NCBI GenBank assembly: GCA_963827685.1
Contig: CAWHBU010000002.1
Span: forward strand, 416,001 to 480,000
From: an uncultured delta proteobacterium
GTDB taxonomy: Bacteria > Desulfobacterota > BSN033 > UBA1163
Length of the DNA stretch: 64,000 nt
Direction: 5' to 3'
This document shows, in pieces, positions 38,442 through 48,893 of the stretch. The notes below the pieces were generated by a model that worked only from the letters and a program-made list of their open reading frames with translations, searched no databases and was not told the DNA's origin. Numbering within the stretch: position 1 is the stretch's first letter; each line of letters begins with the position of its first letter. Position numbers and translations under genes: made by a program.

Positions 38442-39159
38442 TGCGCTTAAGCTTAAGAAACCGCTGGCTAGTGCACTGCGTCAAAAGTCCCGTTACTTTA
38501 AATGTCATTCCGGGCTTGACCCGGAATCCAGTATTTTTGGGCTGGATCCCCGCTTTCTCGGGAATGACGACTTCGGAACTAATGTAAAGAAGCGCTGGAC
38601 CCGCTACACCGGCTTTCCGACCCGTGGGCGAGCTGTGGCCCTTCTTACTGCAGCCATAGCTCTAATATTGGCTATGAGCCTTGTATACGGATGTGCCAAA
38701 GAGAGTAAAGACCTTGATAAGCTTGAGGAAGAAAACAGGGTCTTGAAGGAAAAGATAACGTCGCTTGAGAGTCAAATGAAGCCCGGCGTAGCTTCAAAGC
38801 CTGAAATGAAGGAAGAACTTCTTGTCCTGGCGAGGAAGTTGAAGACATCGCCAAATGATTTTGTAGGGCAGCAAATAAAATTGCATTGCAGATTTGGAGG
38901 TTTTGAAAATAAATTCCTGAATGACACGAATGGTCCCAAATTCCTTTCCACCTATTACGTTGGACTCATCGCTCAGAGCGGAAAAGAAATAGATGAACCT
39001 CTGTTTGATCATTTATTCATAAGTAAAAAGGAAGCTAAGGAGCAAGGTACTTATCACTTAAGTGTAAATGATCTCATTACCGTTTATGGAATAGTAAACA
39101 GTGCATACAATAAAGAACCCTGGATTGAGGTATATGTGGTAAAAAGGGGATGGGAATAA
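38413..39159 (+). CDS. Hypothetical lipoprotein (coiled coil + possible OB fold); true start probably near 38620-38640
   Basis: Lipobox VYGC after a hydrophobic stretch; the N-terminal ~70 aa run through repeat DNA. Confidence 0.55.
   Translation: MNPALRNCPDALKLKKPLASALRQKSRYFKCHSGLDPESSIFGLDPRFLGNDDFGTNVKKRWTRYTGFPTRGRAVALLTAAIALILAMSLVYGCAKESKDLDKLEEENRVLKEKITSLESQMKPGVASKPEMKEELLVLARKLKTSPNDFVGQQIKLHCRFGGFENKFLNDTNGPKFLSTYYVGLIAQSGKEIDEPLFDHLFISKKEAKEQGTYHLSVNDLITVYGIVNSAYNKEPWIEVYVVKRGWE
38504..38568. repeat. Palindromic REP/RPE-like element
   Basis: GTCATTCCGGGCTTGACCCGGAATCCAG...CTGGAT...GGAATGAC. Confidence 0.75.
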
Positions 39160-39240
39160 AATATTGCACCTTGCAATTTTTAATGGATTTTTCTGTTGGT
39201 CCTTGAGAGGTCTTATCAAAGGGTAAGGAGGTATCTTGAA

Positions 39241-39336
39241 ATGAACCTTGGAATCTGGCTACCGGCGATGTTTCTCTTGGGCATTGTAACGATGGGAATA
39301 GTGTACCTGTTCTTGATCGCTTGCGAGAAAATATAA
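39241..39336 (+). CDS. 31-aa Kdp-associated membrane peptide
   Basis: RBS TAAGGAGG; MNLGIWLPAMFLLGIVTMGIVYLFLIACEKI. Confidence 0.75.
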   Translation: MNLGIWLPAMFLLGIVTMGIVYLFLIACEKI

Positions 39337-39353
39337 GAGATGAGGTGATACCA

Positions 39354-39437
39354 ATGATGATCTATCTGACAGCAGTTGTAGCAGTCTTCTTGTTCGTTTA
39401 CCTGGTTGTGGCCCTTGTGCGGCCGGAATGGTTCTGA
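39354..39437 (+). CDS. kdpF: K+-transporting ATPase subunit F
   Basis: MMIYLTAVVAVFLFVYLVVALVRPEWF (YL..AL.RPE.F); RBS GAGGTG. Confidence 0.92.
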   Translation: MMIYLTAVVAVFLFVYLVVALVRPEWF

Positions 39438-39479
39438 GCAAGGGCAGCGGATACCGAGATACTGAAAGGAGATAAAAGA

Positions 39480-41306
39480 ATGTTTATTCAAACCTGGTTT
39501 CTTCCTTTGTCGCTTCTTGCAGCAGCGACCCTGATCGCGTTTCCTTTAAGTCGCTACATGGCGTGGATCATGGACGGAAAGTACCGGCGTTTGCCGATTC
39601 TGGGTTGGTTCGAAAGACGCTTGAACAGCGGCCCCCAAGACTGGAAGCAGTATACCATCTCGTTGCTCCTTTTCAACACGCTGCTGTTCGTCTACGGCTA
39701 TGTGGTTCTGTCACTCCAGCCGTGGATGCCGCTGAATCCGGATGGTAAGGGGATGGTGTTTCCAACGACCATCTTTCAAGCGGTGACCTCGTTCATGACG
39801 AACACGGACCTCCAGCACTATTCCGGCGAACAGGTTTTGTCAAACTTTAGCCAGATCTTCTTTGGCGTCGCCATGCTATTTATGTCTGCGGGAGTCGGCC
39901 TGAGCGCACTGACTGCGGTCATCCGGCTCTTCCGTAGCGACTCCAAAATTGGTAACTTCTTCGTTGATATGTGGCGCGTGGTGGTTTACATGTTCGTGCC
40001 GATCTGCATTGTCATAAGCCTCATATTTATCTACCAAGGCAGCCCGATGACCTTCAAAAGCTCTCATCAAGTCTCGACCCTCGAACATGGAGCCATGGGA
40101 ACCACGGACAAAGGCGAGGTGAAGCAGCAGACCATTGTGGTAGGGCCGGTGGCGGCCTGGGAATCCATCAAGATGATCGGGACCAATGGGGGCGGGTTCC
40201 ACGGTATGAACGCCGCGCATCCATTTGAGAATCCCACCGGATTGTCGAACTTTCTGAACTGTCTGTCCATGATGATTTTTCCATTCGCTCTGGTGTTGAT
40301 GTACGGCCGGATGCTGGGTCGACTGCGGCATTCGCTCGTTATTTTTTCGGTCATGATGACGTTGATGATCGGCACCATCGTCTGGTCGGTCTACTTTGAC
40401 ACCGTCAAACCGAACCCGGCGTTCGCCAGCCATTCTGCCCGAACGTTCCATATCCCCAGTGCGACAGCACCGGGAGGAAAACGAGAGGTAGCCTTCTCCT
40501 CCGTCCCAAGCTTGCCCGTGGACCAGCACCTGGGCAATCTCGAAGGTAAGGAACTGCGCTTTGGAACTTCGGCTGGGGCTACGTATGCAGCGGTGACGGT
40601 AGACGTGACTTGTGGATCCGTGAACGCGGAGGCCGACAGCCTTAACCCGATTGCCGGCTTGTCGCCCATGATTGGAATGTGGCTGAACTGCATCTACGGC
40701 GGCAAAGGTGTGGGGATGATCAACATGTTGCTCTACTTAATCATCGGGATCTTCGTGGCCGGCATGATGGTGGGCCGGACGCCCGAGTATCTGGGTAAGA
40801 AAATCGGGGGGCGCGAGGTAAAGCTCGCGATCATCGCCCTGCTGGTCCATCCCTTCATGATTCTCTTCCCCACCGGGCTCTTTGCTGCCACGGACTGGGG
40901 ACTCAAAGCTATCAGCAATCCAGGTGCCCATGGTTTTTCACAAATGCTGTACAACTTCTCTTCAGCCTCCGCCAATAATGGATCGGCCTTCGATGGATTG
41001 GCGGTTGCCTACGGTTTGGCAAGCAATCCGAATCCGGCGCCGACCGCCATCCCATGGAATATCGCAGCCGGCCTCGTGATGCTCTTCAGCCGCTATCTGC
41101 CGATTGTGGCGCCGATTGCCATGGCGGCATTTCTCGGAGCGAAGAAATCGAGCCCGTTCGGTTTGGGAACCCTGCGCGATGACACCGTTACCTTTGGCAT
41201 CCTCTTGCTCGGGACGATTCTTATTGTCGGGGCTTTGCTCTTCCTGCCGGTTGCTACGCTGGGGCCACTGGCTGAGCACTTAGGTCCCATCCCTTTCGGA
41301 GGCTAA
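39480..41306 (+). CDS. kdpA: K+-transporting ATPase subunit A
   Basis: TNTDLQHYSGE, GTNGGGF, GKELRFG, GRTPEYLGKK, NNGSAF. Confidence 0.97.
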   Translation: MFIQTWFLPLSLLAAATLIAFPLSRYMAWIMDGKYRRLPILGWFERRLNSGPQDWKQYTISLLLFNTLLFVYGYVVLSLQPWMPLNPDGKGMVFPTTIFQAVTSFMTNTDLQHYSGEQVLSNFSQIFFGVAMLFMSAGVGLSALTAVIRLFRSDSKIGNFFVDMWRVVVYMFVPICIVISLIFIYQGSPMTFKSSHQVSTLEHGAMGTTDKGEVKQQTIVVGPVAAWESIKMIGTNGGGFHGMNAAHPFENPTGLSNFLNCLSMMIFPFALVLMYGRMLGRLRHSLVIFSVMMTLMIGTIVWSVYFDTVKPNPAFASHSARTFHIPSATAPGGKREVAFSSVPSLPVDQHLGNLEGKELRFGTSAGATYAAVTVDVTCGSVNAEADSLNPIAGLSPMIGMWLNCIYGGKGVGMINMLLYLIIGIFVAGMMVGRTPEYLGKKIGGREVKLAIIALLVHPFMILFPTGLFAATDWGLKAISNPGAHGFSQMLYNFSSASANNGSAFDGLAVAYGLASNPNPAPTAIPWNIAAGLVMLFSRYLPIVAPIAMAAFLGAKKSSPFGLGTLRDDTVTFGILLLGTILIVGALLFLPVATLGPLAEHLGPIPFGG

Positions 41307-41399
41307 CTGAGAAGCCTTTACAATCGCTTATGGAAACTTCATTGGAGCCCTAATTAATGATGAATTGCGAGATGAAAAAAATGCTCAAAGGAGTGCGAC

Positions 41400-43562
41400 A
41401 TGAATAAAGTACCCTATATTACAGAAACCGTGAAGACGGTTCCCTTGCCTTCGGAGCAGCAGCGGTCGCTGCGCCGGATGAAACGAAGAGCACTACTGGA
41501 GAAGAAGACAACGATAGCGGCATTGAAGCAGGCGTTCGTCATGCTGCGGCCCGACATCCAGTGGAAGAATCCTGTAATGTTTGTAGTAGAGGTGGGTGCC
41601 TTCCTGACTCTTTTGTTTATTGCTCAAGCGGCCTGGGGTAAGGAAGCGAGTCAAGTGCCGATTACGTATTTTATCGCGCTTGACGCATGGCTTTTCTTGA
41701 CTGTGTTGTTTGCGAACTTTGCCACTGCCCTTGCCGAGGCTCGCGGTAAAGCCCAGGCCGATTCCCTCAGGCGAGCCCGTCACGACACGGTGGCCTACCG
41801 TTTGAATGCTGCCGGAGCAATCGAGGAGGTTTCCTCGACGGTTTTGAAACCGGGCGATCGGGTAGTCGTACAGGCGGGACAAACGATTCCTGGAGATGGG
41901 GAGATCATGGAAGGGATCGCTTCCGTCGATGAGTCGGCGATTACCGGCGAGTCGGCGCCGGTCATTCGCGCCGCTGGCGGCGACCGATCCGGCGTGACCG
42001 GGGGCACCGTTGTACTTTCCGATCGGATCGTTGTTCAGATCACCAGCGGAGCAGGTGATTCGTTCCTCGACCGGATGATCGCGCTGGTGGAGGGGGCCAT
42101 CCGTCAGCGAAGTCCGAATGAGATTGCTCTGACGCTGTTATTGTCCGCCTTCACGCTGGTTTTCTTGATCGTGGTGATTCCGCTTTGGGCGATGGCCTGG
42201 AACGCCGAGCAATACATGATGGCTTACCTGGGCATTCAACAACCTTTGAGAAGCCTTGGCACCGATGTTCCGACCCTTATTGCGCTCTTAGTCTGCCTCA
42301 TTCCTACCACGATTGGCGCTTTGCTTGCCGCCATCGGAATTGCGGGCATGGATCGCGCTCTGCAGGCCAACATTATCGCCAAGAGCGGAAAGGCAGTGGA
42401 GTTGGCCGGCGACATAGACGTCGTGCTGCTCGATAAGACAGGGACGATCACGATAGGGAACCGGAACGCAACAACGTTCTTACCGATAGGAAATTATTCG
42501 GCTGCCGACGTTGGGCGGCTGGCTGCCCTGGCGTCCGCCGCCGATGAGACGCCCGAGGGAAAGAGCCTTGTTAGGTTGTTCGAGAAGCAAAGCCAAACCC
42601 CAGTCAGCGTGCCGCTTGACGCGCAGTTTGTGCCATTTACAGCCCAAACGCGAATGAGCGGCATCGATCTTCCTGACGGCCGGCGAATACGAAAAGGAGC
42701 ACCAGACGCCGTGATCAAATTCGTCGAGGACAACCATGGCAGCGTGCCGGGTGATCTCAGCGCGTTGGTTAATTCCGTCGCATCCAAAGGCGCAACCCCC
42801 CTGGTCGTCGCTGATGACGGCCACATTGCGGGCGTGGTCGTTCTTGAGGACATTTTGAAACCCCACATGCATGAGCGTTTCGAGCGGCTGAGGAGAATGG
42901 GGTTGCGGACCGTTATGATCACCGGAGATAATCCTCTAACGGCTGCAACCATCGCTGCACGGGCGGGGGTCGATGACTTTCTCGCTCAGGCCACGCCGGA
43001 GACCAAGCTCTCTTACATCCGCAAGGAGCAGGCTGGCGGGAAGCTTGTGGCCATGATGGGCGACGGCACGAACGACGCTCCGGCCCTGGCCCAGGCAGAC
43101 GTTGCTCTGGCCATGAACGCAGGCACCCAGGCAGCTAAAGAAGCGGCCAACATGGTCGATTTGGACAGTGACCCCACCAAGTTGATCGAAGTTGTGGAAG
43201 TCGGAAAGCAGCTCTTGATAACACGGGGCGCTCTGACGAGCTTCTCGATCGCCAATGATGTGGCCAAATACTTTGCGATCATCCCGGCGCTTTTTGCAGG
43301 GACTTTACCCTGGCTCAAGGCGATCGACATCATGCATCTCCATTCACCGACCTCGGCTATTTTGTCGGCTGTGATCTTCAACGCGCTCATTATTCCTGCG
43401 CTCATCCCGGTCGCGCTCAAGGGAGTCAAATACCGACCTCTCGGTGCCGATGCTCTATTGCGCAGGAACCTGCTCATCTGGGGACTGGGAGGCGTGATTC
43501 TACCCTTTATCGGCATCAAACTGATTGACCTCATCATGGTGGGTTTTCATTTGACTATTTGA
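41400..43562 (+). CDS. kdpB: K+-transporting ATPase subunit B
   Basis: NPVMF, TGES, CLIPTTI, DKTGT, KGAPD, TGDN, GDGTND. Confidence 0.98.
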   Translation: MNKVPYITETVKTVPLPSEQQRSLRRMKRRALLEKKTTIAALKQAFVMLRPDIQWKNPVMFVVEVGAFLTLLFIAQAAWGKEASQVPITYFIALDAWLFLTVLFANFATALAEARGKAQADSLRRARHDTVAYRLNAAGAIEEVSSTVLKPGDRVVVQAGQTIPGDGEIMEGIASVDESAITGESAPVIRAAGGDRSGVTGGTVVLSDRIVVQITSGAGDSFLDRMIALVEGAIRQRSPNEIALTLLLSAFTLVFLIVVIPLWAMAWNAEQYMMAYLGIQQPLRSLGTDVPTLIALLVCLIPTTIGALLAAIGIAGMDRALQANIIAKSGKAVELAGDIDVVLLDKTGTITIGNRNATTFLPIGNYSAADVGRLAALASAADETPEGKSLVRLFEKQSQTPVSVPLDAQFVPFTAQTRMSGIDLPDGRRIRKGAPDAVIKFVEDNHGSVPGDLSALVNSVASKGATPLVVADDGHIAGVVVLEDILKPHMHERFERLRRMGLRTVMITGDNPLTAATIAARAGVDDFLAQATPETKLSYIRKEQAGGKLVAMMGDGTNDAPALAQADVALAMNAGTQAAKEAANMVDLDSDPTKLIEVVEVGKQLLITRGALTSFSIANDVAKYFAIIPALFAGTLPWLKAIDIMHLHSPTSAILSAVIFNALIIPALIPVALKGVKYRPLGADALLRRNLLIWGLGGVILPFIGIKLIDLIMVGFHLTI

Positions 43563-43632
43563 TGTTTCAGTGGATCAAGCCTGCCTACTGGCCCCGGTCC
43601 TGACCGAGGGCGGGCAGGCAGGGAGGCATAAC

Positions 43633-44646
43633 ATGTGGCGATACTTTTCGAAGAGCATCTTTCTGTTGTTAGTGCTGGTGGTCATCTGCTGCGTCCTTTA
43701 CCCATTGGGTTTGTGGGTGGTCGGACAGGCCGTCTTTCCCTTTCAGGCCAACGGGAGCCTGCTGACAGGTCCTGACGGTAAACCGGTGGGATCACGACTC
43801 ATTGCGCAGCCGTTTACTAAGGACGAATACTTTCAGCCCCGCCCATCTGCTGCATCCTACGATGCGTCTGCTTCAGCCTCGTCATCTCTTGCGGCATCCA
43901 ATTACGCCCTGCGCGACCGGGTTGCCCGGACGCTAGGTCCGATTGTGAAATATCGAAGCGGTCCCAAAGCAGGACAACTCGTGGCACCGGACATCGAAAG
44001 TTGGTTCCAGAAGGATATGTTCCAGGGCAGCCCCCAGATCGTGGCTCAGTGGGCAGACCTGCACAACTCCCTGGCCCAGGCCTGGGTGAAGGCAGACCCC
44101 ACACACAGTGCGTTCGTCGATGATTGGGCGAAAAAACATCCCGCCTTAGTCGCTAAGTGGATTAAGGATAACCCGGACACCCCGCAGCCAAAAGCAGATG
44201 ATCTTGCCGTCATCTTCTTCGAGAACTTTTCCAAGGAGAACCCCGGGAAGTTTCCCTCCGCCGTTACTCGCAAAGGAGCTGATGGCAAGGACCGAACGGC
44301 GATTGAACCGGTCAAGGACGGCTCGGACATTCAATCGATCTTCTTTGATATGTGGCGACAGGATCATCCCGAGGCTGACCTCCAAGAGGTTCCCGGCGAT
44401 CTCGTCACTACTTCCGGCTCCGGACTCGATCCTCATATCACGCTTCAGAACGCCGAGTATCAACTCGATCGGGTTGCCTCCAAATGGGCTGCCAACTTGA
44501 AACGCGACCCGAATGTAGTCCGAAAAGAGATCGAGCAGATATTGCAGAAAAACGCCTCGGCGCCATGGTTCGGGCTGGCAGGTGAAAAGTTCATTAACGT
44601 GCTTGAAGTCAATCTCGAACTTCGCAAGCAGTACGGGACGCCATAG
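43633..44646 (+). CDS. kdpC: K+-transporting ATPase subunit C (long variant)
   Basis: QANGSL, YFQPRPSA, DLVTTSGSGLDPHI, INVLEVNL; ATG after GGGAGG. Confidence 0.93.
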   Translation: MWRYFSKSIFLLLVLVVICCVLYPLGLWVVGQAVFPFQANGSLLTGPDGKPVGSRLIAQPFTKDEYFQPRPSAASYDASASASSSLAASNYALRDRVARTLGPIVKYRSGPKAGQLVAPDIESWFQKDMFQGSPQIVAQWADLHNSLAQAWVKADPTHSAFVDDWAKKHPALVAKWIKDNPDTPQPKADDLAVIFFENFSKENPGKFPSAVTRKGADGKDRTAIEPVKDGSDIQSIFFDMWRQDHPEADLQEVPGDLVTTSGSGLDPHITLQNAEYQLDRVASKWAANLKRDPNVVRKEIEQILQKNASAPWFGLAGEKFINVLEVNLELRKQYGTP

Positions 44647-44729
44647 CCATAGCTGGATTAGCGTTCTCTTTGCTCTGCTGTGGCGGTTCGCCGAGATATA
44701 GCCCTTAAGAAAGAGGAAGAAAAATCAAT

Positions 44730-46055
44730 ATGGACAGAAGGATAAAGAAGAGGTTATTAGGCTTGATTCTGGCGGTTCTGATGATGTTCCCATTTGTGAC
44801 GAACGCAAGCGGTGAAGAGGAATCAGCATCGACTTCAGACAAAGAAATCGAAGAGGTAAAGCCGATCGAAGAGGTAAAGCCGTCGGAGGCCCCGGCACCA
44901 TCGCCCGGGCTGTTGATGAGCACTTTGGGCAAGGCGGGACTGGCGCAACCTTTGGACAAGGCTGGGATCAACATCTACGGCTACATCGAAGGCGGTTACA
45001 TGCATGACTTCAGCGCGCCGAGTGCTCACAAGGTTCCAACCTTCATCGGATTTAACAGTTTCAAGAACACGGGTATCCTTGACAAGATCAGTTTGAACGT
45101 CGAGCGCACGGTCGATCCGACCAAGAAGAAGCTTGACTTTGGTTTCCACGTGGAAGGTATTTGGGGTACGGATGCCGCGTTCGTCCACTCGAATGGGATG
45201 GGTGATAGGCAGACGAGCCGATATCAAGGGGACCTTCTCCAAGCCTACGTGGACATGACCATCCCCGGCATGCCGGTGCGAATCCGCGCAGGCAAATGGA
45301 TTGAACTGGCGGGCTTCGAGCAATTCAGCGCCAACATCTACGGAGCCTTCGGCGATCCGTCCAGGGCACTCTATTCTTATAGCTACCAATTCCTCTATGC
45401 TGAGCCGAGCACGCAGACGGGCGTTCTGGTTACCTACGTGCTGAACCCCAAGTGGTCGGTTGACGCTGGCTTCACGCGTGGCTGGAACCAGTCCACCAGC
45501 GACGCCAACGGCGCCCTGGACTTTTTGGGCCGCATCACCTTTACGCCCAGTGACAAGACCTCCATCATTTTCGTTATGACGGAAGGCCCGGAGTTCCCGA
45601 CGGGCTTCGGACACAATCTGCCTAAGGGCGACGCCCACCACTGGTGGACCGCGTTGGACCTGGTTGCCACCCAGAAGATCACTGAAAAGTTGAGCCTCGG
45701 CTTGGGCATTGACTACGTCTATGCTCCGCAAATCCCCGGCTTACCAAGCGGTGCCAAGCAGTGGGGAGGCGTGGCAGGCTACGTCAGCTACGCGATCGAT
45801 CCGCACCTCACGCTCAACACCCGGCTGGAGTGGTATAGAGACTCCGCCAATGGCTTCTCCACCGGTGCGCCCGTCAGCGCCAATTATTACGAGGCCACGG
45901 TGGGCGTGGCCATCAAGCCTTTCCCGAACGACAAGATCCTCTCGAAGTGGTTGTTCAGACCGGAAGTTCGCTACGACCACTCTGACCACCCGCTCTTCAA
46001 CAGTGGCGACAAAAATCAGTTGACATTCAGCGTGGACACCCTCTTCACCTTTTAG
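44730..46055 (+). CDS. Outer-membrane beta-barrel porin (BBP2/DUF1597-like)
   Basis: Signal peptide, amphipathic strands, FRPEVRYD, terminal Phe. Confidence 0.85.
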   Translation: MDRRIKKRLLGLILAVLMMFPFVTNASGEEESASTSDKEIEEVKPIEEVKPSEAPAPSPGLLMSTLGKAGLAQPLDKAGINIYGYIEGGYMHDFSAPSAHKVPTFIGFNSFKNTGILDKISLNVERTVDPTKKKLDFGFHVEGIWGTDAAFVHSNGMGDRQTSRYQGDLLQAYVDMTIPGMPVRIRAGKWIELAGFEQFSANIYGAFGDPSRALYSYSYQFLYAEPSTQTGVLVTYVLNPKWSVDAGFTRGWNQSTSDANGALDFLGRITFTPSDKTSIIFVMTEGPEFPTGFGHNLPKGDAHHWWTALDLVATQKITEKLSLGLGIDYVYAPQIPGLPSGAKQWGGVAGYVSYAIDPHLTLNTRLEWYRDSANGFSTGAPVSANYYEATVGVAIKPFPNDKILSKWLFRPEVRYDHSDHPLFNSGDKNQLTFSVDTLFTF

Positions 46056-46135
46056 GATTGCCCTGGCGTTTCGCACCCGCCTGGGCGCGGCGGAGATGAG
46101 GGTATCAAAAACCTGTCTTGGGAGAGGTAGAAAAG

Positions 46136-46339
46136 ATGAAAAAGATTGAAGCCATTATTGACCCTTCTAAGATGCAAGAAGTAAAGAATGCTTTGACTAA
46201 GATCGGGATCCGGCGGATGACGATAAGCAAGGTCGATGAGTTTGGGAGCCAAGAAGCTCACAAAGAGTCTTTTTCAGATTCCGTACTTCTTGCGGTGACG
46301 CCAGAGAGTAGCCTTCGATACCAAGGATGCTGGCGGTGA
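46136..46339 (+). pseudogene. Truncated PII (GlnB/GlnK-like) protein
   Basis: MKKIEAIIDPSKMQEVKNAL...MTISKV; similarity is lost after ~45 aa. Confidence 0.75.
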
Positions 46340-46493
46340 TTGTGAGACCGGAGTATAGGCACGACTGGTCTAACAAAGACGGCTTTGATTCACAACACAC
46401 GACATTCAGTAAGAAGAGTCAGGATAGCATTGCCATTGGCATAATGTATACATGGTAATTGGCCCGTATAAAACGATAGATCAGATTACGGAT

Positions 46494-46526
46494 GCACAGC
46501 GACTTTACTGTCGCTGTGCAAAAAAA
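46494..46526 (-). terminator. Intrinsic terminator-like hairpin
   Basis: GCACAGCGAC-loop-GTCGCTGTGC followed by A7. Confidence 0.45.
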
Positions 46527-46679
46527 GGATTCCTCCGTTCTTTCCCTCGCATCAATCCCTACAACCAAATACTTCTCCGAATACCAAATCTCTCCCTTTA
46601 GTTGACGAAACTACTCAAGTCTTTTACGATTTAGCTCGTCAGGTGAAGTCATTGAGAACAGGGAGGGCGGTCCTAAAAG

Positions 46680-48731
46680 ATGGGGGTGAATGACAGTTTA
46701 AGCGATACTACAAGGCCAGATCCGGATGCCCTGTTAAAGGAAGTTCAACGTGAGGAAGCAAAAAGGGGAAGGCTAAAGATATTCCTGGGCTATGCGCCTG
46801 GCGTGGGAAAAACGTATACCATGCTCAATGAAGCGCATGTCTTGAAGAACCGGGGCGAAGATGTTGTGGTTGGCGTTGTGGAGACGCATGGCCGCTCTGA
46901 AACAGAGGCATTACTCAAAGATCTGGAAATGATTCCACGACGGCGTGTGGAATATCAAAATATTGTTCTCGAAGAATTGGATCTTGATGCCATCCTCACA
47001 CGACGTCCCGCGGTTGTTTTGGTAGATGAACTTGCCCACAGCAACGCTCCCGGTAGCCGACATCCGAAACGATACCAGGATGTCGAAGAATTGCTTGACA
47101 GCGGCATTGATGTTTACACAACGATGAACGTCCAGCACTTTGAAAGCCTCAACGATGTCGTCGAAAAAATCACGGGGATACGCATGCAAGAGACATTGCC
47201 CGATACTTTTCTGGATCGAGCAGACGAAGTTCAGGTCATCGATATCCCCCTGGAAGAACTCTTTGAGCGGCTGAAAGAAGGAAAAGTTTACATTCCCAAG
47301 CAGGCGGAACGGGCGATGCAGAACTTTTTCCAGCGAGGCAATCTCGTCGCCCTCCGGGAGCTGACGCTCACCCATGCCGCTCGCAAAATGGATACCGAAC
47401 TTTTGAACTATATGAGAGCGAAAGCGATTTCCGGCCCCTGGCCGGCGGGCGAAAGATTGATGGTCTGTATTGCCCCGAGTCCGTATGCAAAACAGCTTCT
47501 CCGCAAAGGGTATAGCATTGCCAAAGATGCCCATGCGGAATGGTATGCTGCATATGTCTCTACACCGGCCCTGAAAGAGATGTCGGATAAGGATAAGGCT
47601 TACATCGCTGAGGCATTGAATCTTGCAGAGGAATTGGGGGCAAAAATTGCAACCCTTTCTGGAACGGATGTGGCCAATGAAATCCTGCGCTTTGCCCGTG
47701 AATATAATATTAACCATATCGTGATCGGTAAGCCCCTTCACTCCATGTTATTGGGATTCTGGAAAGGCTCACCGGCATCCCGATTGCTGCACACTCCGAG
47801 TGAGTTTGAGCTGCATCTCATCACGCCAACGGTTGAAAAAAGAGAGATAGAGGTAAAACCAACACCTGAACGATTTGCACTCAATCCTAAAGACTACCTC
47901 CTCAGCATTCTTATGGTCGCCGGCGTTACCTTGTTGAACTTTTTTCTTCAGGAATTCATTAATCCCCTGTCACTCGTTTTCATCTACTTGATCGCAACGA
48001 TTGCCAGTGCTCTCCTTTTCGGTACAGGGCCTTCGCTTTTCTCATCGATCATCAGTTTACTCACCTTTGATTTCTTATTCATTGAACCAAAATACAGTTT
48101 CTCAATGTATCATCCTCACGATATTATTAATACTTTGGTTTTCTTTTTCACATCGATTATCGTTGGGCAACTTGTCAAAATAACGAAACGCCAAAATCTT
48201 CTTTTACAACTGCGCGTGAGGCGGGTCACCCTAATCGAAGAGATGAGCAAAGAGTTCTTAATGCTTCCTCCTGTTGAGCAATTTGTAGGGGGGCTTGTTC
48301 AGAATTCGAGCGAATGGGAAAATGTGTTGACACTATTTCGTACGACTGTTCTCGATCACATCAGTCATATTGCGATCAGGTATCTCTCAAAGATTATTGA
48401 TGCACCGTCCTTTGTGCTTTTCACCGGGAAAGATGGTAGGCTCCAGGTCTGGGCTCGAAGCGAAACCGACATTGACCTTACCTCCCATGAGATGGCCGTT
48501 GCAGAGTGGACCTACACACATGGTGAACCTGCAGGCGCGGGTACGCAAACACTTCCCAACATCAAAGCCTTTTTCATACCCATGAAATCGCTTGAAGAGA
48601 CCATCGGTGTCATCGGCATTCAGTACGATTTCAAAGATCTTCTGTTCGATCAACGGCGCCTTTTGGGAGTCATATCCAATCTCTCGGCTCTTGCCGCTGC
48701 GAGATGGGTTAAAACATGGAATGTTAAGTGA
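46680..48731 (+). CDS. kdpD: KdpD sensor lacking the kinase transmitter (KdpD-N, USP, 4TM DUF4118, GAF-like)
   Basis: RPDPDALL, GVGKTYTML, DELAHSN, 4 TM, AGAGTQTL; stops where HisKA would begin. Confidence 0.9.
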   Translation: MGVNDSLSDTTRPDPDALLKEVQREEAKRGRLKIFLGYAPGVGKTYTMLNEAHVLKNRGEDVVVGVVETHGRSETEALLKDLEMIPRRRVEYQNIVLEELDLDAILTRRPAVVLVDELAHSNAPGSRHPKRYQDVEELLDSGIDVYTTMNVQHFESLNDVVEKITGIRMQETLPDTFLDRADEVQVIDIPLEELFERLKEGKVYIPKQAERAMQNFFQRGNLVALRELTLTHAARKMDTELLNYMRAKAISGPWPAGERLMVCIAPSPYAKQLLRKGYSIAKDAHAEWYAAYVSTPALKEMSDKDKAYIAEALNLAEELGAKIATLSGTDVANEILRFAREYNINHIVIGKPLHSMLLGFWKGSPASRLLHTPSEFELHLITPTVEKREIEVKPTPERFALNPKDYLLSILMVAGVTLLNFFLQEFINPLSLVFIYLIATIASALLFGTGPSLFSSIISLLTFDFLFIEPKYSFSMYHPHDIINTLVFFFTSIIVGQLVKITKRQNLLLQLRVRRVTLIEEMSKEFLMLPPVEQFVGGLVQNSSEWENVLTLFRTTVLDHISHIAIRYLSKIIDAPSFVLFTGKDGRLQVWARSETDIDLTSHEMAVAEWTYTHGEPAGAGTQTLPNIKAFFIPMKSLEETIGVIGIQYDFKDLLFDQRRLLGVISNLSALAAARWVKTWNVK

Positions 48732-48893
48732 CTCATTACTTTCTTCTTTTCTAACCTCCTCAAGAACATTGCCCCTTGTCTATCTCTCCAAAAGATGAGA
48801 CTTTTTCGATTTTGAACAGAAGCGATCCATGACAGCAATAATATTTGATTTTTTAAAAAAATCCTGTAATATGATGAAATTAATCCGGCTTAA

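Noticed and set aside
44835-45731. 298-aa minus-strand ORF and similar antisense ORFs in kdp, TRAP and ileS
   Set aside because: Shadow frames of well-supported genes; no motifs.
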